This document shows, piece by piece, positions 63,236-64,000 of a stretch of DNA of 64,000 nucleotides. The notes beneath the pieces are model-generated. The model made no database searches. It saw only the letters and a list, made by a program, of their open reading frames with translations, and was not told the origin of the DNA. The DNA is from an uncultured Gammaproteobacteria bacterium (GTDB lineage: Bacteria; Patescibacteriota; Microgenomatia; Daviesbacterales; UBA10151), in contig CAZDFU010000001.1 in the NCBI GenBank assembly GCA_964504985.1, positions 21,752 to 85,751 on the forward strand, written 5' to 3'. The first letter of the stretch is position 1. The number at the start of each line of letters is the position of its first letter. The position numbers and the translations under genes were made by a program.

Positions 63236-63970
63236 TTATTTAAGCATGTCTGGTCTTACCTTTTTAGTCTTTTCCAGGGATTTAAGGTTACGCCACTTTT
63301 TTATTTCAGCATGGTTGCCGGAAAGCAGTACTTCCGGAACTTTTTGCCCTTTAAATTCTACAGGACGGGTGTAATGAGGATATTCTAAAAGCTGTTGGCC
63401 GTTGTCAGTTAATTGTCTGCTGAAGGATTCCTCCTGGATGGCTTCATCTTTTTCTAAGACTTTGGGGATTAGTCTGGTAATTGAGTCAACAATAACCATA
63501 GCAGGTATTTCTCCTCCTGTTAAGACATAATCTCCTATAGAAATTTCTTCTGTAATATATTTATCAATAAACCTCTGGTCAACCCCTTCATAATGACCGC
63601 AAACAATAATGAGGTGGTCTAACTTAGAAAATTCTTGAGCTTTGGATTGTTTATACAAAGTCCCGGAAGCAGACATCAGGATAGTTGAGACTTGATATTT
63701 GGCAGTTGGCCCGTCTTGTCCGCTTCGCGGAGCGGGTAGTTTGGAAAGAACGGATTCCAGGGCTTGAGCCAGGATATCTGCCCTAAGTATCATCCCTGCT
63801 CCCCCGCCATATGGACGGCCATCCACTACCTGGTGTTTTCCTTCCCCAAAATTTCTAAGGTTTATAAGCTCAAAGGTGACCTTCCCTTTTGCCTGGGCTC
63901 TTTTTAGGATTGATGAATTTAGTATTGGTTCAAAGACTTGTGGGAAAAGAGTGATAATGGAAATGGTCAT
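63236..63970 (-). CDS. trmD: tRNA (guanine37-N1)-methyltransferase
   Basis: MTISIITLFPQVFEP...DGRPYGGGAGMIL SPOUT-knot motifs. Confidence 0.85.
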   Translation of the reverse strand: MTISIITLFPQVFEPILNSSILKRAQAKGKVTFELINLRNFGEGKHQVVDGRPYGGGAGMILRADILAQALESVLSKLPAPRSGQDGPTAKYQVSTILMSASGTLYKQSKAQEFSKLDHLIIVCGHYEGVDQRFIDKYITEEISIGDYVLTGGEIPAMVIVDSITRLIPKVLEKDEAIQEESFSRQLTDNGQQLLEYPHYTRPVEFKGQKVPEVLLSGNHAEIKKWRNLKSLEKTKKVRPDMLK

Positions 63971-64000
63971 GGTAAGAGGTAACTAGTCCAGTAAAGGTAA

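Overview
AT-rich (~35% GC) bacterial chromosome segment with compact, mostly co-directional genes, several leaderless-looking gene starts and many G|FTLVE prepilins; this resembles a small-genome (possibly CPR/Patescibacteria-like) bacterium, but that placement is inference. Core genes are T-box-led hisG-hisI-hisS, dnaB, tRNA-Leu(CAA), M1 aminopeptidase, efp, galU, lgt, a DksA/TraR zinc-finger protein, a histidine kinase/response regulator pair, rluA-family synthase, a Kef-type antiporter, tgt, yebC, ruvC, xerC/D, def, ddl, murF/alr/murD/murI/murC, gyrA, gyrB, holB and trmD. Accessory and unusual content: (i) both gyrase subunits carry inteins (a 447-aa LAGLIDADG intein in GyrA, a 213-aa mini-intein in GyrB); (ii) a holin-like protein and an amidase_2 peptidoglycan amidase, divergent with small membrane proteins, lie between xerC/D and gyrA; (iii) a large type IV pilus locus (pilB-pilT-pilC-pilin-pilD, about nine pilin/minor-pilin genes, pilM/N/O) is interrupted by an antisense DinD/Bro-N-like gene; (iv) a ~900-bp ORF-free, locally GC-rich region is likely a structured RNA; (v) three families of short dispersed hairpin repeats occur, two of them embedded in-frame inside housekeeping genes (pepN, holB, rluA-like, murF, murC). 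I rate the in-frame repeats as the most novel signal in the window.
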